Of a stretch of DNA of 64,000 nt, positions 12,660 to 24,555 are shown piece after piece. The notes beneath the pieces are model-generated. The model did not search any database and had not been told where the DNA came from. It saw only the letters and a program-made list of their open reading frames with translations. The stretch covers positions 71,548,001 to 71,612,000 of the forward strand of contig NC_088793.1 in NCBI RefSeq assembly GCF_011386835.1, in the 5' to 3' direction. Origin of the DNA: Chrysemys picta bellii (taxonomy: Eukaryota). Within the stretch, counting starts at the first letter, position 1. Every line of letters begins with the position of its first letter. Position numbers and translations under genes: made by a program.

Positions 12660-15600
12660 GAACATATGTATGGATGACTATGTGGCGTCCCTGCAGATAT
12701 CAGAAATTGACACCTGGGCCAAGAAGGCTGCCGATGAGGCTTGTGCTCTAGCTGAGTGGGTGGTCATGATCGCTGGTGGAGGCACTTTTGCCTGATCAAA
12801 GCAGAATTGGATGCAGGCTGTGATCCAAGATGAAATTTTCTGGGTGGATACCCCCAGACCTTTCATCCAATCCGCCACCCCGATGAAATACTGCGTTGAC
12901 TTGCGAAATGGCTTTGTCCTCTCAATGTAGAAGACTAGCGCTCTCCTGACAGGGGCAGTGGCATCGGCGTTGTCACTGACAGATACACGAGCGTGCCAAA
13001 CCAGGGCTGGTGAGGCCAAGCTGGTGCTATCAGGATAACCTTGTCCTTGTCCTGCTTGATTTTCATGAGGACTTTGTGAAGCAATGGTACCGGCGGGAAA
13101 GTGTACATCAGAGTCCCTGAGCAAGGAAGTAGAAAGATGTCTGACAGGGAGCCGGTTGACCCCCTGAAATAGCAGAACCGGTAGCACTTCCTGTTCTTGT
13201 GAGTCATGAACAAGTCCACCTGAGGACTTTTGGAAGACATGGTTGACCACATCCGGGTGGAGAGACCACTGGTGGTGAGACGAGAAGGTTCTGCTGAGGC
13301 AATCTGCCAATACGTTCTTGGTTCCGGGGAGGTGCGCTGCTACAAGATGAATGGCATGCTGCACACAGAAGTCCCATAGTCTGAGGGCTGATGACCTGGC
13401 TCCACCCTGCTTGTTGATATAAAACATTGTGGTAGTGTTGTCAGTCACGACTTGAACCACTTTGGGACCGAAAAGCCTGGCAGGCCAAGCGAACTGCCCT
13501 GAACTTCCTGACATTTATGTGGAGGGTGCAGTCGACCCCTGACCACTGCCCTGTGTGCTGAGCTTGCCCAGGTGGGCTCCCCAGCCTGGTGTCCGACACC
13601 AGAGTTAGCGACGGGGACAGGGCCGCCAAGGGGACTCCCTGCAACACTGATGTGGGGTCCATCCACCACGCCAGTGATGCCCAGATGTACCTTGACAACC
13701 AGGTCCAGGTTGTGCCTGTTGGGAATATAGACTGATGCCAACCACACCTGCAGCAGCTGGAGGTGGAGTTGGGCATGACGGACCACGTAAGTACAAGCAT
13801 CCATGTGGCTTAGCAATCTCCGGCAAGTGTGGGTGGTGGTGAGTGGGTGGTCCCTCACATGGGAGATTACGTCTAACATGGTTCGGAACCGGGTCTCCGG
13901 AAAGAATGCCCTGGCCCGCCCCGATAAACTCTATCCGTTGCACTGGTACGAGGGTCAATTTCTTTTCGTTCACTAACAGCCCCAGGTTGCGGCATGTGGA
14001 CCACAGCAGATCGAGACTGCTCTGCCCTTGATACTGTGATCTGCCCTTGATGAGCCAATCGTGGAGATAAGGGTAGACCTGGACTCCCCGATGCCTCAGA
14101 TAAGTGGCTATTGGGGCCATGCATTTTGTAAAGACCTGTGGGGCCGAGGAAAGGCCAAAAGGGAGCTCCGTGAACTGGAAATGGCACTGGCTCACCATAA
14201 AATGGAGGAACAGTCTGTGCCCTTGAAAGAGAGAGATATGGAAAGAAGCATCTTTCAAGTTGAGAGCAGCGTACCAGTCTCTTGGATCCAGGGAAGGAAT
14301 GATGGAGGCCAGGGATATCATGCAAAACTTCAACTTCTTGAGTCATGTCAGGTCCAGAATGGGACGTAGGCCCCCTTTTGCCTTCGGGATCAGGAAATAG
14401 CGGGAGTAGAAACCTTCCCCCCTCTTTTCTTGAGGGCCTCCTCCACTGCCCTCAGTTGCAGGAGGCTGTTTATCTCCTGAACGAGGAGTCGTTCGTGAGA
14501 AGGGTTCCTGAAGAAGGACGGGGAAGAAAGGGGGAAGGGGGGGGCACAAAAACTGAAGGGTGTAGCCCAGTGACACAATTTTTAGTACCCAACTGTCCGA
14601 GGTGAGTCTCAACCAGGTCGAACAGTAGGGATGGAGATGGTGATGGTTGAGGAAAAGATGGGGCAGATTCGGGGAGGTAATTGGAGTGTTGCTCTTGAGT
14701 TCTCCCTCAAAACGCCTGCTTCAGGCCTCCGTGGTATTTCGCTGGGCCAGGCTGCACAGGTGAATGGAAGGAGGAAGGGCGGCGTCCGGAATGGCTTCAT
14801 CGCAGACTCAGGCGTATGCATCCCCAGGGAGCAGAGGATGGCCTGAGTGTCCTTCAGACCATGCAACCTTGTGTCCGTCTAATCGGAAAACAGCCCGACT
14901 CCATCGAACAGAAGAAGATTTTCTATGTCTTAAGCCAGGAGTTGCGCCTCATAACCACTGCCGAGGTGACCACCCTGGCTGCTGAGTTGGCCGCATCCCA
15001 GACCATCTGGAGGGAGCACCGAGCTGCTGCGGTACTTTCCTCCACAAGAGCCCCTAACTCTTGGGCCGCCTCCTGGGGCATGGAGTCCCACAGGTTAAAA
15101 TTATAATGCCCCCAAAGAGCCTGGTGGTTCGCTACCCGGAACTGGAGATTGGCCGTGAAATAAATGTTTCTTCCAAAAAGATCCAGTCTCTTGGCCTCCT
15201 TATTTCTTGGGGTGAAACTAGCAGGCCCCTGCTTGTCCTTTTCGTTGACCACTGACATGACCAACGACCCCGGGGGTGGATGGGTATATAATTATTCAAA
15301 CCCCTTGGCAGGAACAAAATACTTTTCCTTGGCCCTCTTGGAAATGAGTGGGATGGAAGACAGTATTTGCTAATTTGCTTTGGCAATGTTCAGGACCCCT
15401 TCGTGCACCGGGAGTGTGACACATGCGGGGGTGGACACCGAGAGTACATTGAACAATGGGTCTGATTGCTCTGCCATCTCTTCTGCCTCAAGGCCTAAGT
15501 TAGTGGCCACCCGTTGGAGCAAGGCTTGGTACTCCTTAAAGTTGTCCGGTGGGCTAGCATGGGAGGGCAATGCCACCGCCTCGTCTGGAGAGGACGACGA

Positions 15601-17175
15601 TGAATGAACCACTGGGGGAGGGTCCGGGGGATCATCCCCCGCAGGGGAAGGAGGTCTCTGGGTGGGCACCTGTTCCTCCACCACAGCGACCAAGGACTGG
15701 AGACGGGTCATCAGCATAACCGGCATGCCCCAGGTGTTCTAATAAGGCCATTGCGCTGGCTACTGGCCCTGCTGCCAAGTTGGCATCGCTGTGGCGGATG
15801 CAACCCCCGGAGCCCAGTTGCGATGGTGCTGTCTCAGCAAGAGGCTGAACTCCCTCTCCGTGCCAGAGAAATCTTCCTCCGGTGACCAGGGCGAGGCCAA
15901 CAACACTTGAGTCTGGCGGCTAACTGTTGCTATGGGTGACTGCTGCCTCGAATTGTTAGACTGATGCTGGGAGTATGGGGAGTGACGCCGTGTTGGGGAG
16001 CATCCTTGAGGTCTTGGTGCTGGTGACCGTCGGTGCAAAGATGACCGGTGCCAACTAAGGCGACCGGCGCCTCCCTCTGGGTGAGGTCCGGAATGAGGGT
16101 GGAGATCGGGAGCACGGTGCCGGTGACCTGTAATGGCGACCTGATGACCTGGGCTGATGCGGAGATCAAGGACGTGGCGAAAAAGGGCTCTGCCTTGGCT
16201 CCGGATACCGGCAGCGCTCACGTATCTTCTGGGAGGCCTTCACGGCTGGCTTGCCCTCATAGGGATCCTTTGCTGGGTCCATCACCACACGTGGTGCTGG
16301 CTGCGACGGGAGAGTCCGTTGCTCTCTGGGCACTGCGAGGGCATGGACTATGCCATCAGCCTGGGTCTCCTACCACTCCCCGGAGTTGGTGGTGGATCCC
16401 TTAGGGGGCAGAAGGTCCCCTCGGGGGGTGGGGGTAGGTGGGTGGGTGCCCCCTTGCGGCTCCAGCGTGGGAGGATAGCCCAAGCAGGGTCCTTTGCCCA
16501 ATGCCCCTTGATCCGACTTGCTCGGTGTGGGTCCCTCTTCTCAGTCTTCTTCCTGGGCACCGGTGAAGTGGATCGGTGCTGGGAAGAGCCCGGTGCCGGG
16601 GGCCTGCTACATACCGAGGCCGAAGTGCTGGATGTTGCGTCCAGGCCGGCTCCGAGGCTGGGCGAAAAGTGGCCTCCATGAGGAGGTCCTCAAGCGAATG
16701 TCTTATTATTTCTGTATCCTGGGAAGAAAAGTTCTTACAGATGCGACATTCTCTTGAACGTTGGACTCCCCTATGCAGGTCACTTACAGGCATAGAAGGC
16801 CTGTTGCAGTCAGAGCATGGCTTAAAACCCAGAGACTGGGCATGCCCCGGCCTGGGGCAAAGTCCCCGCCGGGACCCTGACAGTACTTAACAGCTACTTA
16901 CTAACGAATCTACTATAAACCAACTATTTACAGCTGGAACCAGAGGTTCGAGTAGGAAAAAAACGCTGACCACTTGTGAAGCAAGGGAAAGAGACGCTCT
17001 GACCAACCACCACAAGCAGTAAGAAGGAACTGAGAGGGCGTAGGGCTGGCAGTACCACTCAAGGGGGTGCCACAGCCAGCCCAACGGCTACAGCTAAGGG
17101 AAAAATCTCCGACAACTGTGCACGTGGGCGCGCACACACCTAGAATGGAATCTATGCGAGCAAGCACTCGAAGGA
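12660..17175 (-). mobile_element. DIRS1-like retrotransposon (ORF1/gag, RT, RNase H, adenine-methyltransferase-like domain, tyrosine recombinase); decayed, 3' end missing
   Basis: 5' terminal repeat at ~17020-17173. ORF1 has an N-terminal Cys-rich segment (KPCSDC...CRIC) and a LAP2alpha-like C-terminus. RT motifs: YFLIPKAKGGLRPILDL, LPFGLSSAP, YPYLHDW. RNase H motifs: TDNTT, HLPGTKNVLADCLSR. MT-like motifs: VDLFMT, MYTFPP. YR motifs: HSAR, DICRDAT*. Many frameshifts, and a deletion between MT and YR. Confidence 0.93.
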
Positions 17176-18449
17176 TTCTGTGCTGGAGAAAATTAGAACA
17201 AAATGTGACTCAGTGCATGGGTTGTCAAGAAGTCCAGAGGATCTACCCACCCTTTCTTTATGGGAACGGATGTCCCAATTTTTTTTTATTGTAACATGGG
17301 GTGTCACAAACTGGAAAAGATTGAAAGCCCCTGGCTTAGTGTATTCAGTTGTTCATGCCCTGGATGCAATAGTCCACCAAACAGCAAATCATTATTTGCA
17401 AAGCATTAGACTGACCACGTTGATAATGCCATTCAATACCAGAAATTGGTGCTGGACAACATTTCTAATCACAGCAGCAATACAATAAAATATAATAGTG
17501 ATTTCCACTATTTGCAGCTGGAGGACTATCAAGTCTAGAACATCAGAATTTGTATTTTGTTGTTGCGAGGGGAAGAAGGAGAAGTGAACTCCTTTGACAA
17601 AATCAGCAAAATACAGACACTAAATCTCTGATGGCTGTGATCAGACTGAGAGAAAAAACAACAACAGATCTCCCTCTTGTACATTAGTTTTTTCCAAACA
17701 CAACTACAAATGGGCCAGATGGTGCATGGTCTTCGGTTATCAGAATGGTAAAATGAGGAATTGTGAAGGAACGATAGGACAATGAAGATGAAGACTATGC
17801 ATGATTTAATATTTATACTGCAGTTGTGCTCAGAGGCACCCATCAGGATTGAGGCTCCATTGTGCTAGGCACTGTACAAATGTATATGAAGACACAGTAA
17901 ACTAAAATTAAAAATAGTTTTTCAAAAAAATGGTATACAAACTAAACTTAGCCTGGATTATATGTACTTTCATTTTCATCCTGCTTGTCCCAATTGGATT
18001 ATTTATTATAGCACCACAGTTGTGCACCATTCTTAATAAAATATGTGGGTTAGAGAGCTCTTTGCCTTGAGAAGCTTACAAATCTAAATTGGACAATACA
18101 AATACATTTATAAAGGGAGTAATCACTATGGTATTTAAACTACATTCAAAACAGAACAATATAATATCTTCCCATCATTAAGAAAAGACTGATATTTGTC
18201 CTCCAGGACAAGACTGTCGTATGCCCTATTTTGGGAACAACAGACGAGGTGCTGGTTCCAGCATTTACATTCACTCAGCCTGAAGAAAAAGTTGCATCTC
18301 CTATTAAAGTTTTCCATGTTTGGCTCCAGTGAGTATCTAATAAGAACGAATGCTAGAGCAGGCAATTAGGTATGGAGAATAACTTACTGCAAACTCCTAC
18401 CAATTTTTTCCTCGGAATTGATAGTGAAATAGAGAGCATGACAGAGCAG

Positions 18450-18720
18450 AGAGGGAGAAGCAATCTCCAATTTAGCAGGCCTAGACCATTTAAGGCTTTA
18501 TAGATTGTAACCAACATTCTAAAAATCACCTGTCACTTCACTGGCAACCAATGCAGTGTGTGGAGTACAAGGGTTTAAAGGGCGTGGGAATGGAAGCAAA
18601 CAGTGCCATAACTGATCATTGATGAAGGCTAGGTGAAAGAAGTGGGTTTAAGGAGAGACTACAGAGATGTAGAGAAGAAGGATGTTTGCAATGAAAGCGG
18701 TGGGGGAAGGATAATATATT
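18450..18720 (-). mobile_element. Old L2-like LINE fragment
   Basis: Resembles an L2 3' region (GGCTTTATAG...GGCAACCAATGCAG...GTGGGTTTAAGGAGAG). L2-tail-like pieces also lie at ~17830-17890 and ~18050-18095. Recognised from memory only. Confidence 0.4.
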
Positions 18721-18969
18721 TATATATAATTTGAAATGGTATATGTGGAGAACATAAGTGAACTGATCAGAGCTGTGTGGATTTCTAACCTCTGTATAAA
18801 CTGATTTTTTCTCCTTTACCTAGTAGGTTGTTTATATTGCTGCTAATCATTATTTTCAAGTTTTAAATTAAAAAATTCAAGGATAGCAGGAGCTCAGGTC
18901 AGAGTTATGGAAATCCATAAATATAGGCCTTGAACTTTAGGAGCAGTCTCAGGTCCTTCTGTCCATTCA

Positions 18970-19460
18970 CACCTGAAGAAAGACAGGAGGCCATGAATGT
19001 GGTTTATTAGGCCACAACTTCATTCACTTAAAATACTGGAGTACCTGGCAACGAATTGTACAGTGCAGGAAGGAGGAGGGGAAGGTGGGGCTTGGCTCCC
19101 CAATTTTCCAGATGTAGGAGCCCAAACCCCCCTCCTCAGCAAGCTTAAAGGGGGTCTAGGAAAAGGAAGGGGTTGGCTCCCCATTCTATGAAATATGGGT
19201 GCCCCAAGCCCTCTAGGGCTTCATGGGCAATAAATACCACTGCCCTCCCACAAACTCTTCCGGTCAGCAGGAAGGACAATGCAGTGACCTTCTCCTGATA
19301 TGGCACCAAATACTTCTTGCCCTTCTTGTCCATCTCTGTACACTTTTCCGCTTCTCCCAACCTGCTGTAACAGAGCGGATGAAGGCACACCACTACTTTC
19401 TTCCAGCTAGTGGACAAAGATCCACTTGTGAAGACTGCAGTGGGCATATCTAGGAGACAA
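18970..19460 (-). mobile_element. Unclassified retroelement terminal fragment (possibly Ngaro-type), related to 28400-29100
   Basis: About 100 bp at its left edge aligns with 28405-28506. The superfamily assignment is inference. Confidence 0.4.
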
Positions 19461-21287
19461 ACTTGCTTGCTTTCTACACTAATGTGTTGTGTGATTGAAA
19501 AGTTCTGGCTTGGTATTACAAGTTCTAGAGTCTTAGTTTTAGACTTTTCCATTGCTTCCCATTCACAGACCTCAAAAAGAAGAACACAAAAACCAGTGAT
19601 TTATTTATACTGATAGTGCAAAACATTATCCACAGTGTACTTATAACTTTTGGGGTATTACTTTATTCTGCTTATCTTGTACGCTACACTATGATTCATA
19701 GTTATAATAGGGCACTTCAAAATGCAAAATATAAATTGAATTTCAAAATATAAATTGAATATGAATAGAATTTCAGACTGACAGACCTAGCAGAAATGTA
19801 AAACAAAAGATATACAGATTTCTAACCCTTAGGCTGGCACAGGTAGGAGGGAAGAAAAGGAAAATTGCTATTATTCCTGGTCGAAGGAGCAATTATTTGG
19901 CAGGAACACAGCTGAAATCGCTAAGAAAGTCGCACACAGCAGCTTTCAAAGGCAGGATACATAAAAGTTAAAAAGATCCAATACAACCTCTACATGTCTA
20001 GCCTACTAGTATCTGCAAACATTAATAATTTTTAAAGCTAATAGAAGGAACTGAAAGTTACAAATAAAAGAACTTACATAAAAATATTTTAAGATTGCAT
20101 AAAATAGTGGCATATAGGTGTGATAGAAGTGCACTGAAACCATAATCATAAAATAGTTAAACATGTTACAGAATAATAACCAAAATTGTTTCAATTTTCT
20201 TTCAAGTCTTTTCTCTAATTACACTGCTCGACTAAGTAAATGTAGAATGATTTATTACTGTGCTCATATTTGTAGAATGCTTTCATTTAAAAAGCCCTAT
20301 GTTTGGTATGTAATAAAAGTGTTTTGAAATTTTAAAATTGATTCTGATGCTTTCTTCTGATATATGCACATATTCCCAAATAAACCAGACAAATGAGATT
20401 TTGGAGGAAGGACAAGGTTTCTGTTGCTACAACACTGCATGAAACTGAAAAGAGATCAAATGTTAATCTCTTTGATGAGTATACACCCCTAAAATTACCA
20501 CCTATTTTGGATTACTACAGTAGGCTGTTTAATATGGAAACCTGATTAACCTGATTAACACACTGAGCTCCTATTTTTCCATGTTCAAACTACAGCAGGG
20601 ATCTTAAAATTACAGTAGAACCTTGCTAATTCACACTAATGATTAAAAACCCACTGTGAATTACTGACATTGACAAATTAGCAATTAAATGAACAACACA
20701 GAACAAACAAGGCTAAAGCACTACTAACTGTACTTTGGTCATTTGAGACATCTGTTTACTTTTAATATTTCATACTTCAGAGTGTATCACTGTGCTTGTT
20801 ACCATGGTATCTAGACATCATGATACAAAAAGCAATAGTTACTAGTAAATATCTTGTAAAAGTAATAAAGTCTTAGTAACAAGACCTTGTTATAGTATTT
20901 CACTATTATATTTTATTCCAAAAAGTAGAGAGAGACATTATAACTAACGATTTACATTCGAGCGATAATACTATGTTGAGGTTCATTACCAGTACATACA
21001 AAATTATGCAGCATGCACAAACAAAATATATTTTTGAATAAATATTACATGTGCTGCTTAGGCAAGTTGTAATCAAGAAACTTGTCACCTAGACATCTTT
21101 CATAAGCTGCCCTTTCACAGATTTTATTTTAGATGGTAAAACAGATTCTATGTTTTGTAAATTAAATGATCCCTAATCACATAGATGAAGTTTTAAAGAC
21201 TAGCTCTACACAGTACAAGTTTACAGTTGATTTCATCTAAATGTTCGTGAAAGACAAATAAAGAAGCCATAGGCTGAAAGATTTTAC

Positions 21288-21352
21288 CTGATTGGATTCT
21301 GTTCCAGCAATACTAAGGTCTTGAATGGATCTCCGCCTCTGTTGTCCGTTTC
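21288..21352 (-). CDS. MAP3K7: TAK1 exon 13 (65 nt, or 68 nt with the upstream AG): (G)NGQQRRRSIQDLSIAGTESNQ
   Basis: Acceptor aagcag|GA, donor CAG|gtaaaa. Contains the RRRSIQDL motif. Confidence 0.94.
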
Positions 21353-22639
21353 CTGCTTGGAAAAAAAGACAAAACAAAACACTAAAATCCGCTCAGAAAC
21401 AAAATAAGAAGGGTGCGACTGTTGCAGCAGGAGCTTGGAATTTGTACAAATCCACAGAGAGAAAGTGAGAGAGGGAGAGAGAGAGACAGCTGCAGAATTT
21501 TAACTCAAAAAATGCTGGCCTGTCAAGAGAAAGTATATCCTAATACAATAACCACTCCTACCATATGAATAGCTTCTGCACTCTACTCCACCATCTTCTG
21601 TCACATGTGTTTGAACAGGCTTAGCACTTGGGACTGGGGCTGATGACGACATCTATTTCAAGTGAGTTACGTTATGGGCATTTCTAGAGCAAGATGCTGC
21701 CAGCTCTAACCTGTTGTTCTTTGAAGTAGCACACAGCAAAGCATTCTGTCTGTGTTATGTTCCTCTCACGTATATTAAGAAGCTACAAGAAAACTTATTC
21801 CACTTTAAGTCAAAATAAAGCTCTTAGTCATCTTTTATGAGCAAAAATATTTCCTATTCTGAAAATCAGGGCAGGAAGTTGTTCTCTAGCTATGTCACAT
21901 CTTGCTATCAATCTACTGAACGCAATGCTGTAATCTTTCCTCTTCTCTTTCCACCCACTAGCAATTATCCATCACTGAGAGCTACAGAAAATAGTTTAAA
22001 TTTTAACACTGCTAGTCCATTAAGGAAATGTTAATGAAACTAAGTCTTATGTTACATAATCCACTGCATTTTACAATTTCCCTTGGTACTTTGATTTTTA
22101 TTAATATTGTTTATAGTGTCTCCTGAGATGACAGGTCAGCTGCCCAAAAGGAAACACCATAACATCACGAGTAACAGCTGACAATGCTCAAAATTTTTGG
22201 TCTTCAACCTGCATTATGTAACTTTTCTACCAGTAGGTAGCATTTAGAACATGTACTATAACAGTTACAGCCTCATACTCCCATAGAATTCAACAGTCAG
22301 AACTCGATCGATGTTTTGTAACATGCGGCTCATTTTTTAAACTTTTAGATATTTATGCTGGGTCATTTCAATATGACTTAGCCATTCTCACGTTTTTGTT
22401 TTAATTGATGTGGAAATTAAAACTTCTATCTAGAAAGGCTGCTATCTAATCTCATTGACACAGTTTAAGATATCACAAATTATGAAGTCCTTTAACCAGT
22501 ATTTCTGTGCAGCAGTCCTGTCTGTTCTAGAAACACTACCAGAAAGTGAAAAATTCTCAGTACCATCGTCTCCAGTTTGTCACCTGACATTTAAATTCAA
22601 GAAATTCTAAAAGTACCTAAGGGAGAGAACAGTTTATAG

Positions 22640-22850
22640 GTTAGAGAACGGGACAAGGCTGTCTGAAACTGGGGTTATATTCTCAGCTCTGACACGGATT
22701 TGCTGTCTGACCATAAACGAGTTATAACCTCTCAGTAACTTAGTTTTCTACATCAGTAATTTGGGGAAATAAATACTTACCAATGTAAAAGTGATGTGGT
22801 GAGGCTTAATGAATGTTTGTAAAGCGACCAGAGATCCCGTAAGGCACCAG
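22640..22850 (+). mobile_element. CORE-SINE (MIR-like) remnant
   Basis: Degenerate CORE-like segment CTCAGTAACTTAGTTTTCTACATCAGTAATTTGGGG followed by GTGAGGCTTAATGAATGTTTGTAAAGC. Similar remnants lie at ~2150-2320, ~50300-50420 and ~61440-61520. Confidence 0.45.
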
Positions 22851-24286
22851 GTGAGAATTATTAATCTCTTCCATTTAATATAACTACTTGGCCATTAAAA
22901 ACAGGATTATTCATAAATGGAAGAATTACGCTGTTGATAGTAGCTGCAACTCATCTTGGAACTCAAGATATAGATGATCCACTCATGACTGATACAACAA
23001 TTATGTGCACATTTCATTCAACAGCACCATTCTAAAATTAGCCCGCCTGAAATAAGCTTGCAAAAAATATCTGGAATTCTCATTTCAGATTAGCAACATC
23101 TGTGAATTTAAAGAACCCAGCACATGTGTTTCTGAAACATTAGATCATGGTTGCCAAAAAGTTAAAATAATCAGGGTGGGGTGGAAGTAAAAATGAACAC
23201 TTTTTGAGGACAGGAAGAGACCAACTGATTGTGTTATAGTGAATGAGAATGCCTTTAAATGAGAGATCTCCAAGTTAGTAGCATGAGGCAAAAGCAAGCT
23301 CTATTACGCAATGTCATTTTAATTAGCATAACTACTACAGACATCCGGCAAAACGTTCAGACAAAGCAGAAACAAAGACGGCAAATCAACAAATACTTGT
23401 TGCTCCAGAATCAAGATTAATGTCAATTTAGGAATATGAAGATGGAATACATTTCCTTGACTTTAAATAATTAGTTCTAGTCTTTGTACATTTTTGAAGT
23501 TGTTTTGAACTTGCTCTTACTCTAGTTTTTAAAATAACTGGTTTAAAATTTTCTCTTTACAGAGATGAAAATTGACAAAAAGTCAATACACATCAGTTAT
23601 GTACAATACCTAAAGGCAGAAAGTGATGCAGGATTTCAACAATTTACTGGATTTTAAGATTACAATTCAACTGTCAACCAATTACTCATTTGGTTTGAAA
23701 AAGGCAGCTGTAATGAAAAAAACTTCAGGTGCCTGGATCACCAAGTGAGGAAATAAAATGTTCTTTGGAGTGTGTTTGCTCATGAACTAGAAAAAAAGGT
23801 TTTTTTTGTTTTGTTTTGTTTTTTTTATGAAGGATGGGATGCCAATACGAACATGTAACTAAACCAATGGAGCAATATATACCATTTATGGTATGGTAGT
23901 TGAGGTAACATAAAAAGTTTAATAAGATATTTGGGGCAAGGGCCATTTCTAAATTTTTGTGCAGTTACGCATGTGTCAAGAGAGTCTACATAGATGTTGT
24001 GAGTCAGAGTTAAGGTTACTGGAATGAGTATGATGTACTTTCATATATATGTCAATATTGCTATTAAACTGAAAGTATAAACTGTAAGGGTAAAAAGTGA
24101 AAACACAAAAAACTTGATGGAACGAAGAAATTTCTACCTTTCTCCTGCCTCTCTGCCCAAAAAATTCTCTCACACTTTCCCTGCGCATCAAAATCCACAA
24201 AACACATCTTACGCTCTTTAAAAAAAAATAAAAAATTATACAGTCTCCCTCTTAGCCTCTAAGGATATGTCCCTCTTAGCCTTTAA

Positions 24287-24555
24287 GGATATGTCCACAC
24301 TATAGCTGGGAGGTGTGATTCCCTGTGTAGACTTGAACTAGCTCGAAAATAGCAGTGTGGATGTTGTGGTATTGGCAGTGTCTTGGGCTAGCCGTGCAAG
24401 TCCAAACCTGCCTGAGCCCTTGGATCTGAGCTTGGTTGGCTAGCCCAAGCCACCGCCAATGCTGCGACGTCCATGCTGCAGTTTTTAGAATGCTAGCTCA
24501 AATCTGTCTATCTTCACCGGGAATCCCATCTCCAAGTTGCAGTGCAGACATACCC
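24287..24555. mobile_element. PIF/Harbinger-type MITE
   Basis: TIR-like ends GGATATGTCCACACT ... AGTGCAGACATACCC, with 3-bp flanks TAA/CAA. Confidence 0.75.

Noticed and set aside
15604-16890. Plus-strand ORFs up to 174 aa
   Set aside because: They are antisense shadows of the GC-rich DIRS ORF1.
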